The notes under the pieces were generated by a model. It ran no database searches, was not told the DNA's origin, and was given only the letters and a program-made list of their open reading frames with translations. Both the position numbers and the translations under genes were made by a program. DNA of 64,000 bases, taken from positions 19,344,001-19,408,000 of the forward strand of contig OZ287752.1 in assembly GCA_965649765.1 (NCBI GenBank), in the 5' to 3' direction. The stretch is from Bispira polyomma. Taxonomy: Eukaryota. Below are positions 1 to 14,700 of the stretch, in pieces. The first letter of the stretch is position 1. Every line of letters begins with the position of its first letter.

Positions 1-304
1 TGTGTTCTTGGACTTTAAGTCGGTAACCCACTAATACATTATAAAGGTTCGTAACTTTTTGCTGAAAAATTAGTGCTCTTATCTCACTACTGTATTTTTT
101 ATTTAATACATTATCTTCACATACATTTTCTCTTACTGAAGTGTTTGCTCCTATACCTTTATATAACTTACACTTTGTGACCAGTACATGCAGCGCGTAA
201 CTTTTAAAGAATAGTCTAAATTTTCATTTATTTTTTATCCCATCCAAAAATATGCGATCATTATTGATATTAAACAATTTAAATTTTTAAAATCCATTTA
301 TTTT

Positions 305-560
305 TTTTAACATCTATTATCTCAGAAACGGTGCTACTTAGAGCGATTTTGAGCTCATTTTTTACCCACCTAGCTAATTTTGCTGATGTGTCAACTTTTC
401 AAAAATTTCGATTTTGGTGGTCACCTTCAATTTTTACGTCTTTTTCGAAAACGTCCTTTATCTCGGAGACGGTGCTAGAAAGAGCAACTTCGAGCATATT
501 TTCAACCCACATGATAAATTTTACTGATATGTTAACTTTTTAAAAAAAATTTCGACTAAA
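305..560. repeat. Two degenerate tandem units (~142 bp) of a dispersed-repeat type
   Basis: TATCTC(A/G)GA(A/G)ACGGTGCTA..AGAGC..TTGAGC..ATTTT..ACCCAC at ~318 and ~460. Confidence 0.55.
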
Positions 561-1764
561 AGAGCTGATTCTGATTATATGTCATCAAAACAATGCTGAT
601 TCCTATCAGTCCACCATCTAGGGGTTGTAGGATAGAGGTGGTGTTCTTTGGTAAAAACAGAGTGGTTATTTTTCCATCACTGGTAGTGAGCTGCTGTACA
701 GAGGGATGGGCAGGACAGTTGTTAATTAGAAGCAATGCCTTGGTGTCTAGATTTTTTTTTTCTTAAATGGCATTTCACTTCTGGTACAAAATCACTAAAG
801 AACCAGTCCTTGAAAAGCTGATCTGTCATCTAACACTTGTTCTGTGAGGTGTAGTGTGCAGGTAAATTACTGTGGTTAAAGCATCTGGGTTTTTTTGACT
901 TTCCTATTATGAGAGGGGGGAGTTTGTGTATACCTGTGGAATTCACTGCAAAAAGGACTGTGATTCTTTCTTTAGCTTTCTTGTGACCTGGAGCTGACTT
1001 CTCATGTCTGTGTGCGAGTGTTTACCAAATGTACCAAGAAAAAGCCGAATCCCAATAGTTTCCGAGATAAGTAAAAAAGTACCAATTTTTCAAATTTCAA
1101 TAAAAAATCAATCGGTTGGCAATTTGTCAATTATCATCTGATCGATCTCAACAGTGTTTCTCGTCCAAAATATTGCCTTACCGAGGTACATGCCAAATTT
1201 GATTGAGCTAAATACTTTCTGAGAAAACCAAGTGACAAGCACTTTTGCACCCCAGGGTCACCTAACCTTTAAGTAGGCCAAAGTTCAAAGCCAAGAATTT
1301 GAAAAAATATTCTTACTCCTGGTTAAGAGAACTGCTAAAAAAATTTTGATGCAGGTAATATTGAATGAAATATTCAAGGAAGACCATATGGCGGCGGCAC
1401 AGGCGGCAGCTAGGAAATAGGAGTGAAACTAGTTTTTAACATAATTTTGCTTTGAAACCTCATTAAAAAGATTTACTTTGCGGGCGAGTATATAATATTT
1501 TAAAGAATTTCCTGACTTTCCAAACATGCAAATTCGACCTAATCAGTTTCAAACCGTGTTTTTAAAAGCTAACCTGAGCAAACTTTCGATTCTCAGCGAA
1601 GAATGCCACAGCAATAATAATATTCCTCAAAGAATGTTAACAAAGAAAATCTTTAAATTGCCTATCGTTGCCAAATACTTTTAAATAACATATATAGATA
1701 CAGGCAAACTGAGGTTAGCCACGATAGTTTCCTGGGAGAGTGTTAAGAAGAAGATCTTCAATTA

Positions 1765-2330
1765 TCTGGTGGCCGCCATTTTGTTTTTAAGAATGTGTTT
1801 CTTTTTAGATTTAGGAACATTAACATATGGGCAACCTGAATACCACATTTAGTGACAATATCAGGAACAGATTGTCTGTGAACGATATATATTCATTTGT
1901 AAAGAAGTTGTCATGATGAGCCGTCTTGTTTTTCAAGATGAGGCCAAGGTTTAGCAGGAGCAAGATATTATAGCAGTAAATATATCCTGTAAATTTGGTG
2001 AGCCTAACTGCAATAATTTTCTTCTGAGATTGGTACTAAAAAAGTACTAAGAAAGTAATCAATTTGTTTGTGGGCGGTCATTTTGTTTTTCAGAATGCAG
2101 GCAAAATTCACTTTGAGGAACAGTTACATATAGGCAAACTTTTTTCAAATTTATTAAAGAAATCTCGAACGGCTTGTCTGCGAATGATTGAGAGCCATTT
2201 TTAAAAAATGAAGCAGCGATCTTGTTTTTCAAAATGAGGCCAACGATCAGCAGGATATTTTAATAGTAAACATATGCTGGACATCTGATGAAGCTGTCAG
2301 CAATACTTTTCCTCCGACAGAGTTAAATGA
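1765..2330 (+). repeat. Degenerate ~148-bp tandem array (GCCATCTTGTTTTTCAAAATGAGGCCAA family), internal array of a Helentron/pearl-like non-autonomous element
   Basis: Core motif recurs at ~1773, 1920, 2075, 2216; the same family occurs at 10.4-10.8 kb, 11.6-11.9 kb and 16.7-17.2 kb. Confidence 0.6.
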
Positions 2331-2513
2331 TTATGATCATAAAGATAAAAACTTAACAATTTATAGGAGTACATGATGACTGAAAGAGTAGATATATGCC
2401 TAAAAGTTAATACAAAGTGAAACTTTGGCACTTACATGCATTGTCTTTTTTAAGTTACTGGTACGGATAAAATAAAGCATTAAATACTTAAAAGAAACCT
2501 GACTTAAGCCTAC

Positions 2514-2774
2514 CTTTTACTGCAAAATATTTCTGATTCACCACTACATCTCCTTGGTAAAAGTCCAGTCTATATTGAGCATCCTCTAAATGTACACCAC
2601 TGACTTCAGCAGATGTAGCTTGAGGGTCAGTTACTTTGTGAATCACTTTACAATCATCTGATGCACACTTGAGTATTACTACCCTTGTAAATGTTCCCTC
2701 CAGAGACTCCCAGCTAAATTCCACATCACTGCCTGATACCCAGGCCTCAGGGTTACCAGGTACAAAAGGTCTGT
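2514..2774 (-). CDS. Constant exon 8: divergent FN3-like domain (DRPFVPGNPEAWVSGSDVEFSWES...YRLDFYQ...FAVK)
   Basis: Acceptor TATTGCAG|AC, donor AAAG|GTAGGC, 261 nt, phase 1-1; V-x-F-S-W and Y-x-L motifs. Confidence 0.8.
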
Positions 2775-5700
2775 CTGCAATAGAACAAACATAACTTGTG
2801 TATTGTTTATCACATACCATTTAATCATTTAAAAAAATGTATACATGTAAGAAGTATCAAACAAGTACTAAACTGGAACATGTAAAATGTGAAAAGAAAT
2901 GTATAATTGCATGATATCAGGCTAGTCTCACAGGTATATATTAAATCCACGCCACAATTTAAATTGATACGAAGTGGTGGAGTCTACTACTTTTGCTGTA
3001 GTTCAGTGCAAAAAAGCACAATGTTGATACATTACAAACTATAATCCTGCAATGTTTGATCTTGTTTTAAAGAGTAACTGCATTATTTTTTTAGTAATTT
3101 ATTACCTAGAGTTTTGTTGGACACAGATGGGTTTGAAGTACTGTCACCAAAGACGTTTGTGGCCATGATTTCAATCAAGTAATCAGTCTCTGGGTCCAAG
3201 TCTCTGATGGTATAATTAAGCCTCATTCCATCTTCAGGGTCAGCTTTTGTCGGACTTTGTTTTTGGTAGGTAATTGTAAATGTCTGGGTTGCTCCTCCAT
3301 TTCTTCCAGCCAGCCAAGAGACAGTAATGGAGATGGCAGTGACTGAGTCAATCCTTAGAGAATGGGGAGCTTGTGGAACACCTGAAGTATGTTACAAGGG
3401 TAGATTTTATATTTTGCTACATGATATATATGTATCCTTTGATTATTGTTGAGCCACTACTGTTGCATTTTGAAGACACAATAAAAATTATCATTAACAT
3501 TTCTAGAAGCTTTTTATATTTAAATTGTGGTTCCACTATGCCGATTTGGTTCCGAACCTTCCCGATTTTGAGGTCTAGGGAGAGTCCGTATAGGTCCGGA
3601 AGCGAAAACGGGGTGGTTGGGAAGGATATCCAACATGTTTGATACTTTGTAAAAGTCCCTGACTTGTCTCCCCGAAATCCAAAAACGGGAAAGTTGGCTT
3701 TGGCTTATAAGTTCAATTGGATTGTCATTATGTTCTGTCTTATAGGTCTTATTTCACTCCAGGCCTGTCCTAACACTGGTTGTTAAAACGTAAAAGTTGG
3801 GGGGGGGGGGCGAAAACGGGGCGAACGGGGCGGTCGGGAATAATATTTGTATGAAAACATATATAAGGCAATTTTGTCAGTTATTTTACCTTGAAAGTCC
3901 CGACTTTGATTTTTAAACATTCGATCCTTATGGTCGGAGACATGGATAAGTCAGATCCTATTGGCGATACATTCGATCCTAGGGCATTACATCAGATCCT
4001 ATCACCAGTAAGTTCGATCTTAACCTTGGGGAGACTGGGAAAGTTTTAGTACGGACCTCAAGTTCGACCGTGCTCGGTGTCCCGTTAAGACGGGAGGCAA
4101 TCAGTTCGATCTGCAAGGTCGCCCCACACTTTTATTTTCCCACCTTTTTCGCCCCGACCATCCCGATCTCAAAATCGGGCCAATCGAACTTGAATATGGA
4201 ACCACAACTTATCTAACATTTAGAAATTATCGTTGTTTTGTCTTTTGTCCACTACATTTGATCTGTTAAAGTTGAACTATGAACAAATAATTGAACCAAT
4301 GACATTAATACACAAGAATCACATGCATGGCCACTGAATGCCTTGACAAAACTAAAGAGTTTGTGACAGGTTAAATAATCTATCTGTATCTACATATATA
4401 TCTACATATATTTTCAACTTGAGTAAAAGGCACTTTAAAATATGGTGAATCCTATAAGTATACAACAAGTCAATGATATTAATTGAAACTAATTAAGGAC
4501 ACCTTATGAAGTGGTTTAACCCAAAATAAACTAGACCAATCACATCAGATGATTGAGGAAATGATGTAACCACAACAGCCAAGAAATGGTTTGTTTGATA
4601 GGTAAATATAGTTTCACAAAAAAAAGTGTCACAGGTCCTGCCACCCAATAAGAATGATTTCAAAACATAACACCATTGCGGTTTACTAGTTTATTATACA
4701 CACACATTCATGACTAATACTACAATTTATTTATATATCCACTGATTATATATACTTGATTTAATAACACACATTTATGTTAGTATATTAGTATATTATC
4801 TGACAACCTTTGAGTTACTTTAAGTTAAGGTTGCTGCGGCCACCCACTAAGGTGACCTTAACTTTACACTTTAACTAATATTGGAGTTAAGGTTTGGTTA
4901 TGTACCCACTAAGATGACCTTAACTTAAACACTTTAACATTACCATACTTAATACACTTTGTGTTTGAGGGGACCTTAATGTTCCGTTTGTTTTACATTT
5001 ACTGATCTACTAATGTAGTTATTTAATATGAGGTTACATTTAGATACGTATACTTCTGACTATATTGCTTTTTACATACCATTACTGAATAACAATAGTA
5101 TTACACAACAATAAATTTTCCTTAACATAATATCACACATAACAATAGAACGTTTCATAAAATAACAAATAAAACCATGTAAATTACTATACTAAAATAC
5201 TAAAACCAAGTACAATACTGGTGCTATACACATCCTCATGATGTCCATGTACTCTGTCTAACCACTTAGGGAATGGGAGGGTGGGCATTTATATCACAAC
5301 TGACTCCTTCAATAAGTCAGTTTGAACTGACATGTTTACCCTTATTCTTTCAACCAGGGCCAGTCTTGGCCAATTAGGTTAGTTGTATACTTGTTACCTT
5401 AGTGATGGGGGGGGGGGGGGGGGTTAGAAATGCAGCCCATACCATAATACACCAATTAGCCTGGTATCTTAAAATTTAGAGCTGGGTTGGAGGCCTGACC
5501 CCCGTGATGCCTTAACACCACAGACGACAGGCCCTGCCACCCAATAAGAATGATTTCAAAACATAACACCATTGCAGTTTACTAGTTTATTATACACACA
5601 CATTCATGACTAATACTACAATTTATTTACATATCCACTGATTATACATACTTGATTTAATTACACACATTTATGTTAGTATATTAGTATATTTTCTGGC

Positions 5701-8700
5701 AACCTTTGAGTTTTTTAAGTTAAGGTTGCTGCGACCACCCACTAAAGTGACCTTAACTTTACACTTTAACTAATACTGGAGTTAAAGTTTGGTTACGTAC
5801 CCACTAAGATGACCTTAACTTAAACAGTTTAACATTACCATACTTACTACACTTTGTGTTTGAGGGGACCTTAATGTTCCGTTTGTTTTACATTTACTGA
5901 TCTACTAATGTAGTTATTTAATATGAGGTTACATTTAGATACGTATACTTCTGACTATATTGCTTTTTACATACAATTACAGATTAACAATAGTATTACA
6001 CAACAATAAATTTTTCTCAAACCCAACAGTAGAGTAGTAAGCATCATACGGGCCACTATGACAATATAGCTTGAAATGAGAGAGCAACTTGTTCTCCAAG
6101 TTTTTGATCTTGCTGTATATAGGTCCACACACAATCCGACGTCCAGGTGCCATGCTGTTTAATCTGTTGTATTGGTATGTTTGCATTGTAAGCAAACGTG
6201 GCACCAGAACATCGGAAGGTGTGGAATGAAAAGAAATGTGGGTCAAGTCCCATTTGAACATTGATTTTTCAAAGAGTTTTTCTGACACGTGAGTCCGTCA
6301 TAACTTGCCAACCTGTAGCAGTTCTATATTGAAATAGTGGCTCATGCTTTTGGGGGTTATAAAGCTTGAAGACCTCTTGTAAGGCTTTGTATGGACAGAG
6401 ATTTGATTCATGCAATTTTGGTAGACTGATGATGCTGACTTTGTTTCTGTCTTGCATCGTCTTTGTCCACTTTATGAGTATTTTTACCAAGTTTTTTTGT
6501 TAAGAAAATATCACCACCTGCTAAGTGCCTGGTGTTATCAAAGGTGTTCAAAGAGTAGGGGGCTAGATTCGAGATTCTAAAGAATCGAAAAAATGCTCAT
6601 TGTCTAGTTCGAACATGTCTACTGCTACATTGAGCCACACTGGCTGTTCAACATACATTAATAATTCTCTATTGTTCTCTATTGTATTCTGCCACCTAGA
6701 CAACAGGTCAGATGCTCTGTTTAACTTGCCCATAACATGCACGTATTGTAAATCTACATCTGCTAGTGCTGCCAAGTACCAGACATTTCTTGCACAAGCC
6801 CCTAGAAATGGGTCTCTGGCTCTACCAGATTGTAAGACTTTTACCACTGCATCATTGTCACATTTAATGAGTACTTTCTTTCCAGCCCAGTATTTATATA
6901 ATAGTCTCAAAGCAAGCAAGATATTGATCATCTCTAAGTGCACAATGTCTAGATTTTTGTATCCCCTACATATTGCTAGGCGGTATACCATATCCTTCCA
7001 TCTGCCCCCTAGGCCTACCAAGCATGCATCAAGTTCTAGGACAAAATCAGCGTTTTTGTGGTCATAAATAGATATGCCATTGTACAACGGCAGAAATTTA
7101 GCGAACCGTCTCAAGTCTCTAAAGAAATCAGGGCAACTGAATTTTCCCCCCATGCTGACTGTACCTCAGAAGCTCCAACATTCTGTTTAAGAAGAAACGA
7201 GCTGGTTTGACACATTTGTGGACATACAGCAGCAGCCCCAGAAGGGGCTGTAACTGTCATATGGTACAAGTTGTTTTGTTTTGCCAATCCTATTTTGACG
7301 TGTCGGAACGCCCGACTTACGTCAATCTTGTATACATGTGCCCCCCGTCCTAACTTTCTGAGTTCATTTGTTATATTGTCTACTGTAGGAAAAGCCAAAG
7401 AGAAATCTGTACCCAGGTAATTACTTTTATCCACGCCTGCGTTCACTGAATTGCCTTCCGGCCAACTCAAATCTATGATAACACGCCTATTGGCCAAACC
7501 CGGTTTGTCTCGCGTCATGAAGGGGGAACAATGGCCTCATTTTATGAGATGTTCACCAAAAGGACCTATTATGGCTCCAAATTTGGTCTCCTCACTTAAG
7601 TATGTCTCTATGTCCCCTGGGTGTTCCATAGCCGACTTATGGTTTTGGCCTTCCCAAACTAAGTCATTCTCCCTATTGAAATCTAAAGGAAACCCGTATT
7701 CAATTAAATCAATTAGTTGCTGATCCCAATACTCTTTTAACACCAGCTTCCAATGATCTACATTCAATTGAGACTTAACGGGTATTCTAGCTTGTTGGAA
7801 GTTGTATTTCCCACTTTTTTCACTTCATAATGGGCTTTTATAGGATCCGATATTGATGGGCCCTGATTATACCCTTGTGTATTGATCAATGGGTCTGACA
7901 GGGGGACAAAGCCATACCATAGTTGATATGCCAATACATTGTCCAATGTTTGTGTCACGTCTCTATGTTTGCATAACAATGAGTGTATAAACTTATCATC
8001 ACCATTGTTGTTTATGTCAAACACTTGTTTTTGTTCACCCTCATTCCTTTGTACCACACCACCTTCTATTGTGTTACTGCCAATTTTTACTTCAATTGGC
8101 TTGCGTACAACCCCTTTGTCCCTATCCCCACTTTGTTTACTTCTTTCCTGACATCTCTTTTGTTCCCCACTACCTTCGCCTGCCACACTGTGAGTTGCAA
8201 TTTGAGTGCTAGAGTCAGCCACATGTTTACACAGGTTAATTGTCTCTGCACCTCCACCACTTTTGTGACACAGCTTTTGTTTACTCCGGTCGCCAGTGAC
8301 AGATTTGTTTTCATTGTGCGGGCCACTAAAACCCCAGGCCCCATTTTTTGTTTGCTTTGACTTATAAGCCTCCCCTCCCCTCAAGGGTATGTGAAAATAT
8401 TTCACCCAATTTTGTTTTTTACTAGCTAACAAAACTTCTGCATTTTTTCTTCCTACGTGGGAGTTATAGAGAGTTCTAGTTCTATATGGCTCCCGTACCC
8501 GAGCCATATAAAGTTGTTTACAAATGTCACTGCCGAGGGAATTTTTATACTGTTTCTCTACACCACCTTGTTTAGTATACATACTTGCAACCTGGTTCTT
8601 ACACATATATACATTTTTCCCATGCACTGCCTGAAGGAAGACACCTTTAGTCCTGCCTGGAAATTCCTTTGTATTTGCTTTATGTACATTGCTGCCCCCT

Positions 8701-11700
8701 TTTTTAAAGAAAGGTGAGCAGCTTGCTGCTCTTTTTTTGAATGAAATGATTTTTTGCCAAGAATACAATCTTTTTCTGGGTGACCACTCACCCTTCCTCT
8801 TTCCAAGCAGGATGAACATATATGTTTGTGGAGCTTGCCCCCGATCTCGTGGTCCTTGACCTGGCTACATACTCCCGTTTGATAGGGTTTACAGTACCAA
8901 TACTTTTTGTTCTGATTTTGATCCGAATTTTTTCCCCAATTGTTTTTATATGTTTCTGCATGCTTCTGTGCATGAGCCCTCCTTATTCTATCAATCCTAT
9001 GACTGTCCTCCCAATTTAACGCCCCCCTCTCCATCTCGCACAGATGGACCTTGAGCAGCCTTGGCCGTTTGCCACCAGAAGTCGGTTGCGTCCTCCATTA
9101 GGTCCGACACATAAAGCAACATTTTTTCTTTAATATCCGAATTTGGCTCTTCAATAATGTTTTTAGAAAATCCCTGCACCCATTGGGTGAGCGATAACTG
9201 GTCATAGGAAATACGTTGTCTTGTAGTACCCCCCAAAATCGTTTCTTGTGGCCATGATATTTTGTTTTTGATTATTACATCAACATTTCCACCCCTTTTT
9301 GATTTAATTTTACTTGTACCCTCATTACCTTTCTGACTAGTGGACTCAGCCTCTAGCTCACGCACACCGGCATCAACCTGTTTTTGTAGCTCATTAGCAC
9401 TTCTTAACGCTGCTAGTTAAGGGACAATTTCCTCATCCGAGGATAACTCAGACGAGTCTTCTACTGTGGACACCACACGTTTTTTACTTTTAGTCTTATA
9501 CTTTGCTTTACTTAACTTGTTTTTGTCCTTCTTTGATGTCTCTCCCGCCGCCACCTTGTCCTCCACCACTTCCAGTCTTTTGTTGACCTTTCTCAACTGC
9601 TGTAGAATCTGGTGCTGAATGTCTTCATCTGATGAGGCTGGTTCTGTCGAGGAAGCTCTCCTGGCCTCTGTTGTTCTCTTGTTCACCCCACGTGTCACTC
9701 TTCCCTGTTGCTCGTCTGGCTGCTGCTCCTCCATCCTAGCGGTACAATTCTTTCCCGTCGGGGGATAATGCTTCTTCTGACACTTTTTACAGTTAACTTT
9801 ATTTTTACTAGGCATATTTGTTCGCCTTTATTTTTTGTTCAATAGTTCAGTATCTGTAGATAGAAATATAACCACACCACCAGTACGCTTTTCGATGCAA
9901 ATCCACGCTTGATAGCCAATTTGAACTAAAAACCCTACCAAATAATAATAGGTTAGACCATCCCTTTTTAGTGGCTTTTACAAGCCCAATCAAGCATGAG
10001 GTTGTCGAAGAGCGTGTTTGGTAGATGTGTAGCAGTAACCCAGTGTTGTAGTAATCACACACAAAATTGTAAATGTCTTTTTAAAATAAACTAAAATATG
10101 TATAAGTTAAAAGTTCCTTCACATAAAAACACAGAAATTTCCACACATTTAAATCACAACTGACTTCTTCAATAAGTCAGTTTGAACTGATTTGTTTACC
10201 CTTATTCTTTCAGCCGGGGCCAGTCTTGGCCAATTAGGTTAGTCGTATACTTGTTACCTTAGTGATAGGGGGGGGGGGTCGGAATGCAACCCATACCATA
10301 ATACACTAATTAGCCTGGTACCTTAAAATTTAGAGTTGGGTTGGAGGCCTGACCCCCGTGATGCCTTAACACCATAGACGAAAATGAGGCAAAAGTTCAG
10401 TAGAGTAAAATATTATAGCACAAAACGTATTCTAAAAAATTTGTAAGTCTAGACGCAATAGTTTTCCCTTGAATAAGAATGAGGCTAAAGTTCGATTTTG
10501 AGAACATTCATATACATCCAAACTGTTAACCAAATTTAGTAAAGATATCTGTAACAGCTTGTCTGCAAACGATAAAAAATAACTTCAATGGAGTTGTCAC
10601 AGAGGCCATCTTGTTATCCAAAATTATGCCAAAATTCAGTGGGAGCACGATATTTTAGCAGTAAACCTGTCCTGAATATTTGGTGAGGCAAGATGCAATA
10701 GTTTTACTCTGTCAGTGTTACCAAAAAAAACTCTTGCGTGGTGGCAGCGGCATAACCGCATGTAAACCAGAGTATCCACGGGATGGATACAATTAACATG
10801 AGCAGATATGCTGAATAACATTAAATGCAACTTACCTTGTTCACTTAGGTTCAGTTTTACCACCACTTCATCTCCTACACCATTATTCAGTACAACTTGA
10901 TACAGACCAAAGTCCTCAGCTATTACAGGGTCAAAGGTCAGTTCTATCAGAGTCTCATCCACTTTATCCCCTGCTGCTTCCACCTGTATACTGTTAGCAG
11001 GTATTTTAGAACCTTCAAACATGACGTCCACATGATCAGTAGTGACTGCCGGATAGGCCCTCACTGTACAGTTGAGTAAAGCCTTTTTATTTTCTTCTAT
11101 GTATGTGACCTTCTGTATGGGTGAACTCACATCAACTGGGGAAACTGAAATACACAGTAACCATTCTGAACATTTAGCAAATATATATCACTTAATGTAC
11201 TTTAACTTAATTAGATAATTAAGCGTGTATACAATCTAGGCTTTGAATGGGTGTAGAAAAATATAGCTGAATACACAAAAACTGCCTTGAAGCAATAATT
11301 TTAATGTTACAAGCAAATTATTCATTTTAACCAGTGGTCAATCTGAAAGTAGGCATTTCTCATTAATGTAAACATGTACACTAAGTCTACTAAAATAAAA
11401 AAAAAAGTAGTTGTACAACATATTTAACAAAATCACAAACAAAGCGATAGCTCAGGAGTTACAAGGGAATTACTCAAAGTAGCTATGGGTGCTATTGCTC
11501 ACTTAGCTACACTCCCAAGCATACTAAACGTTCCTAGAATGTAGCCAAGTGGGGTTACAGACCACAAAAAGACGGGTTGCACAATTTGTATAAGGGATAG
11601 GGTCTAGCAACAATTTTAATTTCATTATTTTGTAGCAGCCATCTTGTTTTTCGGAATGGGCCCAAATACAATTCCAACCAAGCTATTGACACGATACACC

Positions 11701-14700
11701 TCCACAACAAATTTGGTGATGATAGCTGCAATACTTTTCCTTTAAATGTCCAAAAACCGTTTTCAGGATGGCGTAGTGGCGGACATCTTGTTTTTCGGAA
11801 TGGGCCCAAATACAAACCCAACCAAGCTATTGACATGATACACCGCCACAACAAATTTGGAAATTTTATTGGTAATTGAAATTTTTGTGAGTAAAATTCC
11901 AATCAATTCCTAACACTTGCTATAACTGACGCCGCCGGGGAGTCGGCTCGGTCGAAACGAAAAATCCCGACACTACCTAAGCCGACCCCTTTTAGCACAC
12001 ACCATTATACAGGTCACAGGTTGCGCATCTGCGCACCAAGCAGACTTCCACCTATTGCCTTCATTACAAAATTGACCGCAGAACGAGCACATATTATTTG
12101 GATATTTTTTTCTTTTTCCCGAGATTCGGTGTTTTTTATTTTTATTTTGTGTCACATTTTTAAAATATGAGTGACAATAAGTCTTCCTCCTCTTCTAGAG
12201 TATATTACCCATTATACAGTAGAACGGACACAAATACCTATTATCTGAACACCTTTGGCGAGTAATAATATATTGGGACAAAATATTGTTTATAAAATAG
12301 AGGCATTTTAATATAAAACTACACATCACTACACAAGCCCCAGAGTGAAATTGTTTTCACTTGTTGATAATGACACCTTATTTTAGGAACTTTGGACTAA
12401 TTTGAACTAATATAATATTAATATTTATTGTAGACACAAAACTATACAAATACAGGTCCTACTCAGACATGCTTTAAATAAAGCCTAGCCAAATAAAAAT
12501 TCTCAACACATCCTTAATTGCAGTCCTTTCTGATGCAACTCCTGATTGGATCCAAAAGAAAATTAAAACATTTCATTCTAGGGCTCATAAATATATACAA
12601 ACAAAGCTTTGGACATGTGTAAGACTTTCATAATCGTAAAAAACATTTTTTTGGGTCATTAATGGACTGCACAATGACCTTACGAGTACAAAATTAATTA
12701 ATTCCTCAGTGCATGACTTATACAGAACCCATTTAGTCTTTTGCCTTGTCCTAGATATTAAGGGCAGGAATTCATGAATTTGCACAAAAAATATCAAGCA
12801 TTTGAAGGATTTGACAAAAATACTCATTTGATTTCTGAATAAGTACATATTAGTGGGTCGAAACAAAATCTGGCTAAAATCTCTATATCACTCAATTTTG
12901 AAGATATTTTTTATTTTATTATTCGATCTCATTATATTTTTGAAAAATTGCATTTTTTAGAAATTTTGCAGAGGTTCAGAAGGCCAGCCACAATAAAATG
13001 TCCTTGGGTCTGCTAACATTGAAAAAGTGACTGGGCCTATGATTGTAATATAAAGCAGTGCCCCACAAAATCTCACTGACAAAGCTATCTTAGTTGTTAT
13101 AACAGATGTCAAAAGGATATTCACAAACCTTTTTTGAAACAGTTGTTTGTGTCAAGTAATAATGGTTAAAGGTTACGGTAAACATTTAACACTAATTACA
13201 TTGGCCTACATGTTCAAAGGATGCTTTATAATCAAAATTACAGCGGAAGCTTCATAAAATACTAACTTACTCACACTGTACAAGTACGTCTCTGCTGCCA
13301 CTGTTCACACCTCCGTCATTTCTAGCCACACAACTGTACACTCCAGCTTGTCTGTATTGTATACTGTCAAACTCTAACTCTCTGTCTGTGTCACCACTCA
13401 GCTCACTGCTATCTTTATACCGAGGTACAAAACTCCAGCTATAAGACAACACTTTAGTAGGGTTACCTCCTGTAGCTTCACAGGTCAAGGTCAGACTGGA
13501 GGCTTCTACTACAGAATCTGAGGGATCCTGATTGACTGCAACATCATGCGGAACTAAAATAGTAGAAACAAAGTGTATGTACACATATATGTTATATCTT
13601 CCATTCTAATAATATAAGGAGTTATTACATGCCTTCCATTCTAATAATATCCAGAGCTTTCTTTATTCATCCTACTAAATAAAGGACACTTACATTTACA
13701 CTTACATCTTAAAGTTCAGTGTGAGGTACTCAGAAAGTAGTTATGTGGATTTGAATATGTCACCAATGTAGGGCATTAAAGATAACCTCAAATCATCTGA
13801 CCCCATATAATTCTTGTTGTGAACCGTGTTTATGGTTATAACCATTTGGCAGTTTAAATCGAGGAATTAAATGTGTTTGGCCCACCATGTTAGCGAGAAG
13901 GGGGGGGGGGGGAGTGACAGTATAGAACAGGGGGGAGTGATAGTATAGAACAGGGGGGGAGTGATAGTATAGAACAGTTCAGATGTCATAATACATTTAG
14001 TTCAACTCTGTGAATGGTGAAATGTTCTAAAATAATGTCTCCTGTCATATTTTCATGACATTGATTTACAATTTCCCAGACTGGCACAGGCCGACAATAA
14101 AACCTAGGCCACTAAATTTTACAGCATATTTTTTAAAATTGTATTTTTTTTTTCTTTATTTATAAAATAAAATACTTAAAACTATTGGTACGATATTGTT
14201 ATTTAGTGTTGCTTACTGTGATTTACAGCAACTATTAAGTAAGAAATATGCATGCATATACAATGTTCCCTAATTTTATTAAACATGTCAAAAGCTGACA
14301 ACGATTCCCTGACCCTGGTTCATATGGTCACAATATATTCTGATTACACACTAAGAATATAAGGCCCTACAAAAAATATCGTAACAAGTTTAATGTCATT
14401 TCAAGTAATAATTTTTAAGATATAACACAAAATACTAGAAATTGATCTGTATTATCCGTGGTTACATGTAAAATCTGACAAGTGCACTAGATTATCTGAC
14501 CCTGGTTTCCTATTTGCAATACACAACGTGGCCCTTGAGCCAATAGTAAAGGAGAAATAAAGCAAAAGTATAAAACTTTAGACTTGTTGGGTCCTAAAAG
14601 TGATCTTGACACAAATATGTATGGTTGACAACCTTATTACTACGATTATGAAGCCCTACGGATATATCCTAGCAACTTTAATGTCATTATAACAATATAT

